The notes under the pieces: model-generated | Databases searched by the model: none | The model's input: only the letters and a program-made list of their open reading frames with translations | What the model was told of the DNA's origin: nothing | Sequence record: OP413831.1 | Length of the DNA: 24,000 nucleotides | Direction: 5' to 3' (one strand) | Origin: Klebsiella phage pKP-BM327-1.1 | Part shown: one piece after another, positions 15,148-22,522 of the stretch | Layout of the letters: every line of letters starts with the position of its first letter | How positions within the stretch are numbered: the stretch's first letter is position 1 | Program-made: the position numbers and the translations under genes

Positions 15148-17772
15148 ATGCGTCATATCATGTTCGCTCATAAATCTGAATTCGAAACAGCAATACTCAT
15201 AAAAGAGTCTGCTTTCTATCAGGATCAGATTGAGCGTCACTACGTTAATCCTTTAGTCGAAGCTGGCTATGCCAAAGAGAACATTCTGGCGTTTTCGCTG
15301 GAGTATGAATCCAATGGCAAAGCACCAGCTAAATTCTGTAAGGACTATCTGGCTAAAATTCTCCCCCAGCTTAAGAAGATGGGTGTTAAGTACATCTACT
15401 GTGCTGACTCCACTTACTTTAAGTGTCTGGTTAAGAATGCCAAGATCGATGCAATGATCGGCTATGGCACTCCCTGTTCAATACCGGGGTATGAGGATAT
15501 CGAGATACTGGTAGGCATTAACTATCAGGCTCTACTCTATAACCCAAACCAGGCAGATAAACTGGAAATGTCTGTGCAAGCCTTAGCAGGTAAGGTAACC
15601 AATAGCTACAAAGCTTTGGGTGCTGACATCCTGAAATGGGCTTTGTATCCTCAGACTGAAAAGGAAATTGACGAGGCATTTGCCAAGTTAATGTCCTATC
15701 CTAAGCTGACCTGTGATATCGAAACTTTTAGTCTTGATATCTTTACTGCTGGTATCGGCACTATTGCTTTCAGCCCTGATAACACAGGCGGTATAGCATT
15801 TACCTGTGACCTTGCAGTAAGTGAAGGGGAAAACTACCGTTGGTTTAACGAAGGCTTTCGTATTAAGCTGCGTAAGTTCTTTGAGGAATATAAGGGTAAC
15901 CTGAAATTCCACAGGGCTAACTTTGATACCAAAGTCCTGATCTATAACCTCTGGATGAAAGATCCCCTGGATAATGAAGGTTTACTGCGTGGCCTGGATT
16001 GTCTCTATCGAGATTGTGATGATACTCGCATCATTGCTTATCTCGCACTGAACAACACTGCAAAGAATGAACTGAGCTTGAAACAGCTTGCTCATGAGTT
16101 TGCAGGTAACTGGGCTATGTCTGATATTACCAATATCCTGGTAATTCCCCTGCCTGAACTGCTTCGCTATAACATCATCGATACCATGTCTACGTGGTAT
16201 GTCTATAACAAGTATTACCCTGTTATGGTTCGTGATATGCAACTTGAGCTGTATAAATACCTGATGATGCCAAGCCAGAAGACAATCACTCAGATTGAAC
16301 TTACTGGTATGCCTATGATCCCTGCTATGGTGGATAAGGCAGAGAAGCAATTACAGGAATTGCATGATCGAAGCCTTAAAACTTTGTATGCACACCCCCT
16401 GGTTCAAAAAGCAGAAATGCTTATTCAAACCAGAGCAATGGAAGCTAAAAATGCCACTCTGAAGACTAAACAGTACTCTCTCAGTGCTTTCAGTCATCTT
16501 AAATTCAATCCCAATAGTGGCAACCATCTGATCACTTTACTTTATGAAGTGATGAAACTTCCTGTGCTGGACAGAACCAAAACCAAGCAACCATCTACAG
16601 CTGGTGCAACGCTTAAGAAGCTGGAAAACCATGCTACTGAAAGTGGAAAAATAGTACTCAAAACTCTCCGTGAGTTTGGAGATGGTGAGAAGATCCTCAC
16701 CAGTTTTATACCCACCTTTAAAAATGCCTTTAACAAAGGTAATGGAAGATCTTACCTACATGGTAACTTCAACCTGGGTGGTACAGTATCAGGGCGACTC
16801 AGCTCATCGGATCCAAACCTACAGCAGCTACCTTCTGGGAGTACCTTCGGTAAACTCATTAAGAAGTGCTTTGCTGCGCCTGATGGTTGGGTATTCGGTG
16901 GAGCAGACTTTAATGCTCTGGAAGACCGTATCAACGCACTGTTAACGCAAGATCCTAACAAGGTCAAAGTGTTTACGGATGGCTTCGACGGTCACTCGTT
17001 ACGTGCTGTGGGCTATTGGGGTGCCAAATTAATGCCGGATATCGACATTAATGATCCAGCTTCTGTAAACCAGATAGCTGAGAAGGATCATCCATACTAC
17101 CCAATACGTAATAGGTCTAAGTCTCCAAGCTTCGCACTTCAGTACCAAGGCACCTGGATCACTCTGGTTAAGAACTGTGGTTTCTCTGAAGAAGAAGCCA
17201 AAGAAACTGAAGCCAGTTTCCATGCACTCTATGCCGTATCTGGGCAATGGGTTAAAGATCGTATCAAACAAGCCTGTAATGATGGCTATGCCACTGGAGC
17301 CTTTGGGCTGCGTATTCGTACTCCGCTCCTTGCACGTTCGATCCTGGATACCACCAAGACGCTACGTGAAGCTGAAGCTGAGGGACGAACTTTAGGCAAT
17401 GCTATCTCAGGTCAGTCCTATGGTCTGTTAACCAACCGTGCTGCTAATGAGTTCATGGAACGAGTATGGGCGTCAGAGTTTCGTTATGACATTCTGCCTG
17501 TGGCTCTAATTCATGATGCCATCTATGTGCTCATGCGCAATAACGTAAGGGTAATCAAGTTTGTTAACGACAACCTGATCGAGTGTATGGCATGGAAAGG
17601 TTTACCTGAAATTGCCGATCCACGAATCCCTCTGCCAGCTGAACTGGACTTGTACTACCCTAACTGGGCCAATGCTATCACTCTGCCTAATAACCTGGCA
17701 GAAGATGATATAAAGCCCTTTGTGGCTAAAGCACTGGATAAGCTAAAACAAAAAGAGGCATCACATGCGTAG
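15148..17772 (+). CDS. Family A DNA polymerase with 3'-5' exonuclease domain
   Basis: 874 aa: exo motifs KLTCDIETFSL and FHRANFDTKVL; pol motif A FGGADFNALEDRIN, motif B NRSKSPSFALQYQGTW, motif C VALIHDAIYVL. Confidence 0.95.
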   Translation: MRHIMFAHKSEFETAILIKESAFYQDQIERHYVNPLVEAGYAKENILAFSLEYESNGKAPAKFCKDYLAKILPQLKKMGVKYIYCADSTYFKCLVKNAKIDAMIGYGTPCSIPGYEDIEILVGINYQALLYNPNQADKLEMSVQALAGKVTNSYKALGADILKWALYPQTEKEIDEAFAKLMSYPKLTCDIETFSLDIFTAGIGTIAFSPDNTGGIAFTCDLAVSEGENYRWFNEGFRIKLRKFFEEYKGNLKFHRANFDTKVLIYNLWMKDPLDNEGLLRGLDCLYRDCDDTRIIAYLALNNTAKNELSLKQLAHEFAGNWAMSDITNILVIPLPELLRYNIIDTMSTWYVYNKYYPVMVRDMQLELYKYLMMPSQKTITQIELTGMPMIPAMVDKAEKQLQELHDRSLKTLYAHPLVQKAEMLIQTRAMEAKNATLKTKQYSLSAFSHLKFNPNSGNHLITLLYEVMKLPVLDRTKTKQPSTAGATLKKLENHATESGKIVLKTLREFGDGEKILTSFIPTFKNAFNKGNGRSYLHGNFNLGGTVSGRLSSSDPNLQQLPSGSTFGKLIKKCFAAPDGWVFGGADFNALEDRINALLTQDPNKVKVFTDGFDGHSLRAVGYWGAKLMPDIDINDPASVNQIAEKDHPYYPIRNRSKSPSFALQYQGTWITLVKNCGFSEEEAKETEASFHALYAVSGQWVKDRIKQACNDGYATGAFGLRIRTPLLARSILDTTKTLREAEAEGRTLGNAISGQSYGLLTNRAANEFMERVWASEFRYDILPVALIHDAIYVLMRNNVRVIKFVNDNLIECMAWKGLPEIADPRIPLPAELDLYYPNWANAITLPNNLAEDDIKPFVAKALDKLKQKEASHA

Positions 17773-18265
17773 ACTGATCTTCTGTGATCTGGATGGTGTG
17801 CTGAACGGTAATAGTGAGTTCCGAAAGCAGTATATCCCCAAGGATCCATCAAACCAGCATGACTGGCTCGAATGGCATAAAGCCTGGATATTAGAGCCTT
17901 TAAACCATAAAGGTATCGAGATGGTTAAATCACTGGTTAATCAAGACTCATTCCTGATCAGCCTGTCTAACCGTAGTAAGGTTCTGGATAAAGAAACAAA
18001 TGATCGTTTCAAAGAAGAGGGTAATCTTACCTTCGACTTACTCCATAACCGAAGTGAAAACCTGGGGGGCAGTGCAGCTAACTTCAAACTGGAAGCATTG
18101 CTGTCGCTGATCCCAATGTTCTGTATGGGTGCCTCGACTACAATGGACAAAGTGGAAATCTTCCTGATTGATGATGACAAGTCTGTCATTAACAAAGTCA
18201 GAAAGTATCTGCCTAATGTCTGCTCCATCCTGGTTCCCAAGTTTAGTGTAGAGGAACCATGGTAA
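17765..18265 (+). CDS. HAD-superfamily phosphatase-like protein
   Basis: MRRLIFCDLDGVLNG (motif I DxDGV), FLISLSNRSKV (motif II), VEIFLIDDDKSVI (C-terminal DD). Confidence 0.75.
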   Translation: MRRLIFCDLDGVLNGNSEFRKQYIPKDPSNQHDWLEWHKAWILEPLNHKGIEMVKSLVNQDSFLISLSNRSKVLDKETNDRFKEEGNLTFDLLHNRSENLGGSAANFKLEALLSLIPMFCMGASTTMDKVEIFLIDDDKSVINKVRKYLPNVCSILVPKFSVEEPW

Positions 18266-18633
18266 AACTTTCCATTGAACTCAAGTACCTTAAACCAGAG
18301 GTAGGATTATACCTTGAATGCCCTGAGAGCGTCACATCACTGGCAAGCCAGTTGATTATGGGTGCTCCCGTGGCTGAAAGTGTGTATCAATGCACTGGTT
18401 TCTGGACGTTGCTTAATGGTCAACTGTACTTTCTAAACCAGAAAGTCACACTGGTTCAAGAAGAACCTGATAAAGCTATCTTTATTGAGAACCTTAAAGG
18501 TATTACTAAAGGTCTTCATGAGATTAACTTTAGTCGTCTGCGTCTTCGTAACCATAACCAGAAAGGGTTCATGAAAGCAATCAATGCTAAGTTTGCTAGT
18601 TTATGGTCAGATAATTCTGAGCATTCAAAGTAA
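18259..18633 (+). CDS. Hypothetical protein, 124 aa
   Basis: Intact ORF overlapping the preceding gene by 7 nt. Confidence 0.7.
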   Translation: MVKLSIELKYLKPEVGLYLECPESVTSLASQLIMGAPVAESVYQCTGFWTLLNGQLYFLNQKVTLVQEEPDKAIFIENLKGITKGLHEINFSRLRLRNHNQKGFMKAINAKFASLWSDNSEHSK

Positions 18634-18677
18634 ATTACGTTACAATCCATTTCATGTAAGTGAATTGGAGTAGTGTC

Positions 18678-19001
18678 ATGACCCCAGACCAGCAACAGAA
18701 CTTTTATGTTCAGCTACTGGGTGCTCTCCTGATTAGTACGGTCAGTGGTGCAATCTCCGTTGGGAGACGAATCCTACGCTATGGTCAGGTAACCTTCGTT
18801 GCAGCAGCTACAGAAATGTCAGCAGCTCTACTCGCAGGCTATTTGGCATGGGATGCCTACCCTGTAGTGGCAAGTCAGTTGCCTACTGGAATTACGCAAC
18901 CCATATTCACTTCAGCATCTGCCTATCTGGGGATTAAGATCTTCCAGTATGTGGAGAGGCTGTTTGAAGGCAAGACGTCCTACACAGGTTCACCTAAGTA
19001 A
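18678..19001 (+). CDS. Holin-like membrane protein
   Basis: ATG 18678: MTPDQQQNFYVQLLGALLISTVSGAISVGRRILRYGQ...MSAALLAGYLAWDAY...FTSASAYLGIKIFQYVERLF. About three hydrophobic segments, in a lambda-S-family-like layout. Confidence 0.6.
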   Translation: MTPDQQQNFYVQLLGALLISTVSGAISVGRRILRYGQVTFVAAATEMSAALLAGYLAWDAYPVVASQLPTGITQPIFTSASAYLGIKIFQYVERLFEGKTSYTGSPK

Positions 19002-19005
19002 CCTC

Positions 19006-19028
19006 AAGCCCTCTTCGGAGGGCTTTTT
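19006..19028 (+). terminator. Rho-independent terminator
   Basis: AAGCCCTC-TTCG-GAGGGCTT followed by TTT. Confidence 0.9.
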
Positions 19029-19042
19029 AATTGGAGGGAATC

Positions 19043-19381
19043 ATGCAGATTACTGCAATGGATCTAACTACTATTGCAGGTATTATCATCCTGCTAAATG
19101 ACAGAGAAGTGCAGGTAGAGGTAATCCCTACTTTTACACTATTCAATGATCAATCCATTGAAGAAGAAAAAACAGTAATTATGTTCCGAGAACGCAGCGA
19201 TAGCTGGTACTGCCCTTATGATCAAGTCATTGTATTAAATGAGTTAGGGGAAGGATCAGTATCACTTACTGAAGGTGATACTTGGGATAGTTATGGTGAT
19301 GTTATATTACCTATCAAAGTTCAAGTATCAGTCCCTTTAACTGCTGAAATTTTACTCAAAAAGAGGATAGGAATTTTATGA
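19043..19381 (+). CDS. Hypothetical protein, ~112 aa
   Basis: ATG 19043 (MQITAMDLTTIAGIIILLNDREVQVEVIPTFTLFND...) preceded by TTGGAGGGAATC. Confidence 0.65.
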   Translation: MQITAMDLTTIAGIIILLNDREVQVEVIPTFTLFNDQSIEEEKTVIMFRERSDSWYCPYDQVIVLNELGEGSVSLTEGDTWDSYGDVILPIKVQVSVPLTAEILLKKRIGIL

Positions 19382-19494
19382 GCTTTCGCGGAAAAGTGTG
19401 GAGTATCATAGCAATCTTGTTGATTGCTTTCTGGTGGTTGGCTTATCAAGCCTACGATCTTGTTCTGACTCTGTTAACACTGGTGTTGAAATGA
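19378..19494 (+). CDS. 38-aa membrane microprotein (absent from ORF track)
   Basis: MSFRGKVWSIIAILLIAFWWLAYQAYDLVLTLLTLVLK*. ATGA overlap with both the upstream and downstream genes. Confidence 0.65.
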   Translation: MSFRGKVWSIIAILLIAFWWLAYQAYDLVLTLLTLVLK

Positions 19495-20297
19495 AACCAT
19501 GGCTTAAGTGGGCAGGTGGTAAGTATCGCCAGCTTCCTCAAATCCAACCATTCTTAGTTGGTAATCGTCTCATTGAACCTTTTGTGGGTGCAGGATCAGT
19601 ATTTATGAATGCTGGTTTCGATAAGGTGGCGATCAATGATGTGAATCCTGATTTGTGCCAGCTCTACTTAGCCCTCATCCATAATGGTGATTATGTGTTG
19701 AACCAGGCAAAGAAACTCCATGAATGGTGTAACTCAGAAGCTCGCTACAATCAGCTAAGGGCTAACTTTAACAGTGGTAAGTTTAACTCACTGTCTAAAG
19801 CTGTGTTCTTCCTGGTGCTCAATCGTACTGGCTTTAACGGCCTGTGTCGTTACAACAAGAAAAAGGAATTCAATGTTCCTTGGGGCCAGAAAGAACAACC
19901 TTACTTCCCTGAACAGGAACTCAGAGACTTCATCAATTCTGGCTTGAAACCAACAGTAGCAAATACAGATTTTATGATGTTCATGAACACTGCTGAGGAA
20001 GGTAATGTTGTATTCTGTGATCCACCTTATGAGCCAATGCCTAAACATCAGGGGTTCACAAGCTATAGTGGCACCAGCTTCAAGTGGGGAGATCAGAAAC
20101 GTCTGGTAGGTAAAGCTCTTGAGCTTAAAGCCAGAGGTGTAAGAGTGGTCATTACAAACAGTAGTGCTCCACGCTTAGTTGATCTCTATACCAAAGCTGG
20201 TTTTGACATTCACCCATTAACTGCAACTCGTAGTATCTCAGCTAAAGCTGAATCACGGGAAGTAGTGAAAGATATCATTGCTGTTCTGAAACCATGA
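19491..20297 (+). CDS. dam: DNA adenine methyltransferase, Dam/D12-class
   Basis: MKPWLKWAGGKYRQLPQI, RLIEPFVGAGSVFMN, VVFCDPPYEPM (DPPY), GVRVVITNSSAPR. ATGA coupling supports ATG 19491 rather than the track start at 19398. Confidence 0.92.
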   Translation: MKPWLKWAGGKYRQLPQIQPFLVGNRLIEPFVGAGSVFMNAGFDKVAINDVNPDLCQLYLALIHNGDYVLNQAKKLHEWCNSEARYNQLRANFNSGKFNSLSKAVFFLVLNRTGFNGLCRYNKKKEFNVPWGQKEQPYFPEQELRDFINSGLKPTVANTDFMMFMNTAEEGNVVFCDPPYEPMPKHQGFTSYSGTSFKWGDQKRLVGKALELKARGVRVVITNSSAPRLVDLYTKAGFDIHPLTATRSISAKAESREVVKDIIAVLKP

Positions 20298-20524
20298 TCA
20301 TCAGTTCAACCTTTAACATCTGTCCAATATGTGGGATCGAACGTAGTAAACGTGTGCATTCTAAATGCTCCAAGATCCTTCAGAAACGTGCTCAGAATCC
20401 TGCTGTACAGGCTGAGTATGCAACCATTCGTAGAAATGCCCGAGGGTATGACAGAAATGAGGTAGTGCATACTAACCGCATTAGTCGTATCAGGGCTGCA
20501 ACTCATAGGATTGCCTCTCTATGA
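20294..20524 (+). CDS. Hypothetical small protein with CxxC motif
   Basis: FNICPICGIERSKRVHSKC suggests a small metal-binding knuckle. ATGA-coupled to Dam. Confidence 0.6.
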   Translation: MIISSTFNICPICGIERSKRVHSKCSKILQKRAQNPAVQAEYATIRRNARGYDRNEVVHTNRISRIRAATHRIASL

Positions 20525-20712
20525 AACCAGAAGGCATTAAAGCTGTAGTGACGTTCGTCTTTAGGGACAAATCCTCAATGAGGATAGGGACTGACTCTAT
20601 TAAGGAAAGTACCCACGCTTACCATATTGGTAATCTGGTCTTCCCTTTTAAGTTTATCTACGATGCAACATTGCAGGATCCTGATAATGTCTTAGGGCTT
20701 GCAGGGCAATAA
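20521..20712 (+). CDS. Hypothetical protein, 63 aa
   Basis: ATGA-coupled. Last gene of the rightward block. Confidence 0.6.
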   Translation: MKPEGIKAVVTFVFRDKSSMRIGTDSIKESTHAYHIGNLVFPFKFIYDATLQDPDNVLGLAGQ

Positions 20713-20737
20713 AAAAGCCCCCAGTTGGGGGCTTATT
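20711..20737. terminator. Bidirectional terminator between convergent blocks
   Basis: AAGCCCCC-AGTT-GGGGGCTT (20715-20734), with A-run 20711-20716 giving a T-run on the minus strand and TTATT on the plus strand. Confidence 0.88.
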
Positions 20738-20757
20738 CATGTTTATGCTGGTAGCTA

Positions 20758-21201
20758 TTAACCACCAGCTTCAGTGACAGTCACTACACAGGTAGTAGAC
20801 TGAATCTCTTTACCAGCTGCGTCGTAGACTTCAGCATGGTAAGAGCCAGCCATATCCAGAGTAGCTGCACCCAGGTTAAGGGTAGAACTACCCAGAGTCT
20901 GGATAGCAGAGCCACCTTTAAACCAGGTAACGCTATACGGTGCAACACCGCCAGTGGCAACTACTGCGAGTTCCAGAGCAGCACCTTCAACAACAGTTTT
21001 GGTAGCTGCCAGATCAGTGGTCAGACTCAGAGCTGTCGGTTTAGTGTAAGCAGCGCCAGTAATATCTTTATTTACTGCCGCAGCTACATCAGCAGGCACT
21101 TTAGCCATGCCACCCTGAAACAGGGGGACGAAGTCATAGCCTTGTGCCAGCACATCATCGGTAGTGATAACACCAGCACCGATAGAGGGGACTTTAGACA
21201 T
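20758..21201 (-). CDS. Ig-like domain phage protein, possibly virion decoration
   Basis: 147 aa: N-terminal MSKVPSIGAGVITTDDVLAQGYDFVPLFQGG, then an Ig-like domain (VVEGAALELAVVATGGVAPYSVTWFKGGSAIQ...AGSYHAEVYDAAGKEIQSTTCVVTV). Confidence 0.75.
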   Translation of the reverse strand: MSKVPSIGAGVITTDDVLAQGYDFVPLFQGGMAKVPADVAAAVNKDITGAAYTKPTALSLTTDLAATKTVVEGAALELAVVATGGVAPYSVTWFKGGSAIQTLGSSTLNLGAATLDMAGSYHAEVYDAAGKEIQSTTCVVTVTEAGG

Positions 21202-21252
21202 AGGTGTTTCCTCTTCATGAAAAGTCTAGTTAATGTACATCATTCTACTGGT

Positions 21253-21582
21253 TTATACGAAATAAACCAACTTAGTATTACTTGCCTGATTGGATGGCAT
21301 CGTAGGCTTTTTCACAGGTGAATCCAGCACTACTGGCTTTGTCGGCGTAGTCAGCCAACTGTCTGTTTCGTTCGAGAGATTTTTCGAGCACGTTGGCAAG
21401 CAGATCGAGGGCTTCTCTGGCTGTCTTGCCTCTTTGGGTAGTGCCGGAATCTTCGGAGCTGGTGTCGGCAAGTAAACGGTTGATCCGTTGCTGCAACCTG
21501 CCAATAGAAGCATTGGCACTATCAGCGTCAGAGCGAGCTTGTGCGAGGTCTTTAGCCCCTTGCTGTGCGATTGCATCAACAT
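21253..21582 (-). CDS. Rz1: o-spanin lipoprotein (Rz1-like)
   Basis: MLMQSHSKGLKTSHKLALTLIVPMLLLAGCSNG lipobox, then proline-rich VYLPTPAPKIPALPKEARQPEKP. Lies largely inside the Rz-like frame. Exact start uncertain. Confidence 0.8.
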   Translation of the reverse strand: MLMQSHSKGLKTSHKLALTLIVPMLLLAGCSNGSTVYLPTPAPKIPALPKEARQPEKPSICLPTCSKNLSNETDSWLTTPTKPVVLDSPVKKPTMPSNQASNTKLVYFV

Positions 21583-21787
21583 TGTTTTGGTACTCCCATT
21601 CTTTGACTCTGGCCTCCTGAGTAGCTTTGGCAGAAGCATCACTATACTTTTGCTCTAAACCAGAATACTTAGCAGACCAGTGGTTATCTGTTACAACATA
21701 GGTTAAGTAACAAGCCCCAGCAAGTAAAGCCAGGGCCAGAACAGAACCTAACAAAACAGCATACTGTTTAATTAGATCCTTTATCAT
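21278..21787 (-). CDS. Rz: i-spanin (Rz-like)
   Basis: MIKDLIKQYAVLLGSVLALALLAGACYLTYVVTDNHWSAKY (TM anchor) followed by a coiled-coil-like periplasmic domain. Confidence 0.8.
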   Translation of the reverse strand: MIKDLIKQYAVLLGSVLALALLAGACYLTYVVTDNHWSAKYSGLEQKYSDASAKATQEARVKEWEYQNNVDAIAQQGAKDLAQARSDADSANASIGRLQQRINRLLADTSSEDSGTTQRGKTAREALDLLANVLEKSLERNRQLADYADKASSAGFTCEKAYDAIQSGK

Positions 21788-21989
21788 TAGGCTTCTCCTG
21801 AGAAACCAGACGAGCAACTATAGCTGAGATCCCCAGGAAAGTTGTTAGTCCAGCAAGAGCATGTGGAGGCAGTGAATCCTTGAACTCCTGTGGGAAGTAT
21901 CCCCAGATTTCAGGAAGTGCAACGATCACTACCATAATATGAATAGAATACCACTTCCATGCTGACTTCCAGTTTTCTACAAGTTTCAT
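21768..21989 (-). CDS. Holin-like protein in lysis cassette
   Basis: 73 aa: WYSIHIMVVIVALPEIWGYFPQ...PPHALAGLTTFLGISAIVARLVSQE, placed between lysozyme and Rz. Confidence 0.72.
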   Translation of the reverse strand: MKLVENWKSAWKWYSIHIMVVIVALPEIWGYFPQEFKDSLPPHALAGLTTFLGISAIVARLVSQEKPNDKGSN

Positions 21990-22474
21990 GCTGCGGCTAC
22001 TCCCAGTTTAATTGCTTCATCGCCGGATTTACCATCCCAAAGAGCAAGGTTAGCAGCACGACGACGTACCAGACCTTTCATGACTTTACCATTAGCCATA
22101 CGGAATTGAGGAATACGCTTACGCATCTCAACTTTATTACCCGATGCTACAAAGTCATCAAAGTCACCATTGATATTATCAGGGCGAATGAAACCAGATC
22201 CCATATTGAATACCATATCCACAAGGCAGTCGAACTGTCCCTGAGTAAGGTTATGCCCATACTTGTTTACTTCAGCCTCTGCTTTAGCAAGGTCAGCATC
22301 AAGCAGCTGTTCTGCTCTGGTTTGTGAAATTGCCAAACCAGGGTAAACATCTGGCCCTGTATGACCATAGCCAATAGTCCAAGGCTTGCCCCCAGTAGCT
22401 GGATCAGGGTAAGCACGTAGCTTCAGCGACTCAAAATACTTGGTTACTTTTTTACCTTCATTACTCATTTTCAT
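21986..22474 (-). CDS. Endolysin, GH24 lysozyme (T4 E-like/lambdoid R-type)
   Basis: YFESLKLRAYPDPATGGKPWTIGYGHT carries the E...D...T catalytic arrangement. LTQGQFDCLVDMVFNMG and VKGLVRRRAANLALW-like C-terminus. Confidence 0.92.
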   Translation of the reverse strand: MKMSNEGKKVTKYFESLKLRAYPDPATGGKPWTIGYGHTGPDVYPGLAISQTRAEQLLDADLAKAEAEVNKYGHNLTQGQFDCLVDMVFNMGSGFIRPDNINGDFDDFVASGNKVEMRKRIPQFRMANGKVMKGLVRRRAANLALWDGKSGDEAIKLGVAAA

Positions 22475-22485
22475 AGTTAATCCTC

Positions 22486-22508
22486 ATTAAAAAGCCCCCG
22501 AAGGGGCT
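22486..22508 (-). terminator. Rho-independent terminator (minus strand)
   Basis: Read on minus: AGCCCC-TTCG-GGGGCT followed by TTTT, between tailspike and lysozyme genes. Confidence 0.85.
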
Positions 22509-22522
22509 GTTAATCTAATAGA

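Noticed and set aside
19398-19490. N-terminal extension of the methyltransferase in the ORF track
   Set aside because: The conserved protein starts at MKPWLKWAGGKYR. The extension overlaps a better-supported 38-aa ORF coupled by ATGA.
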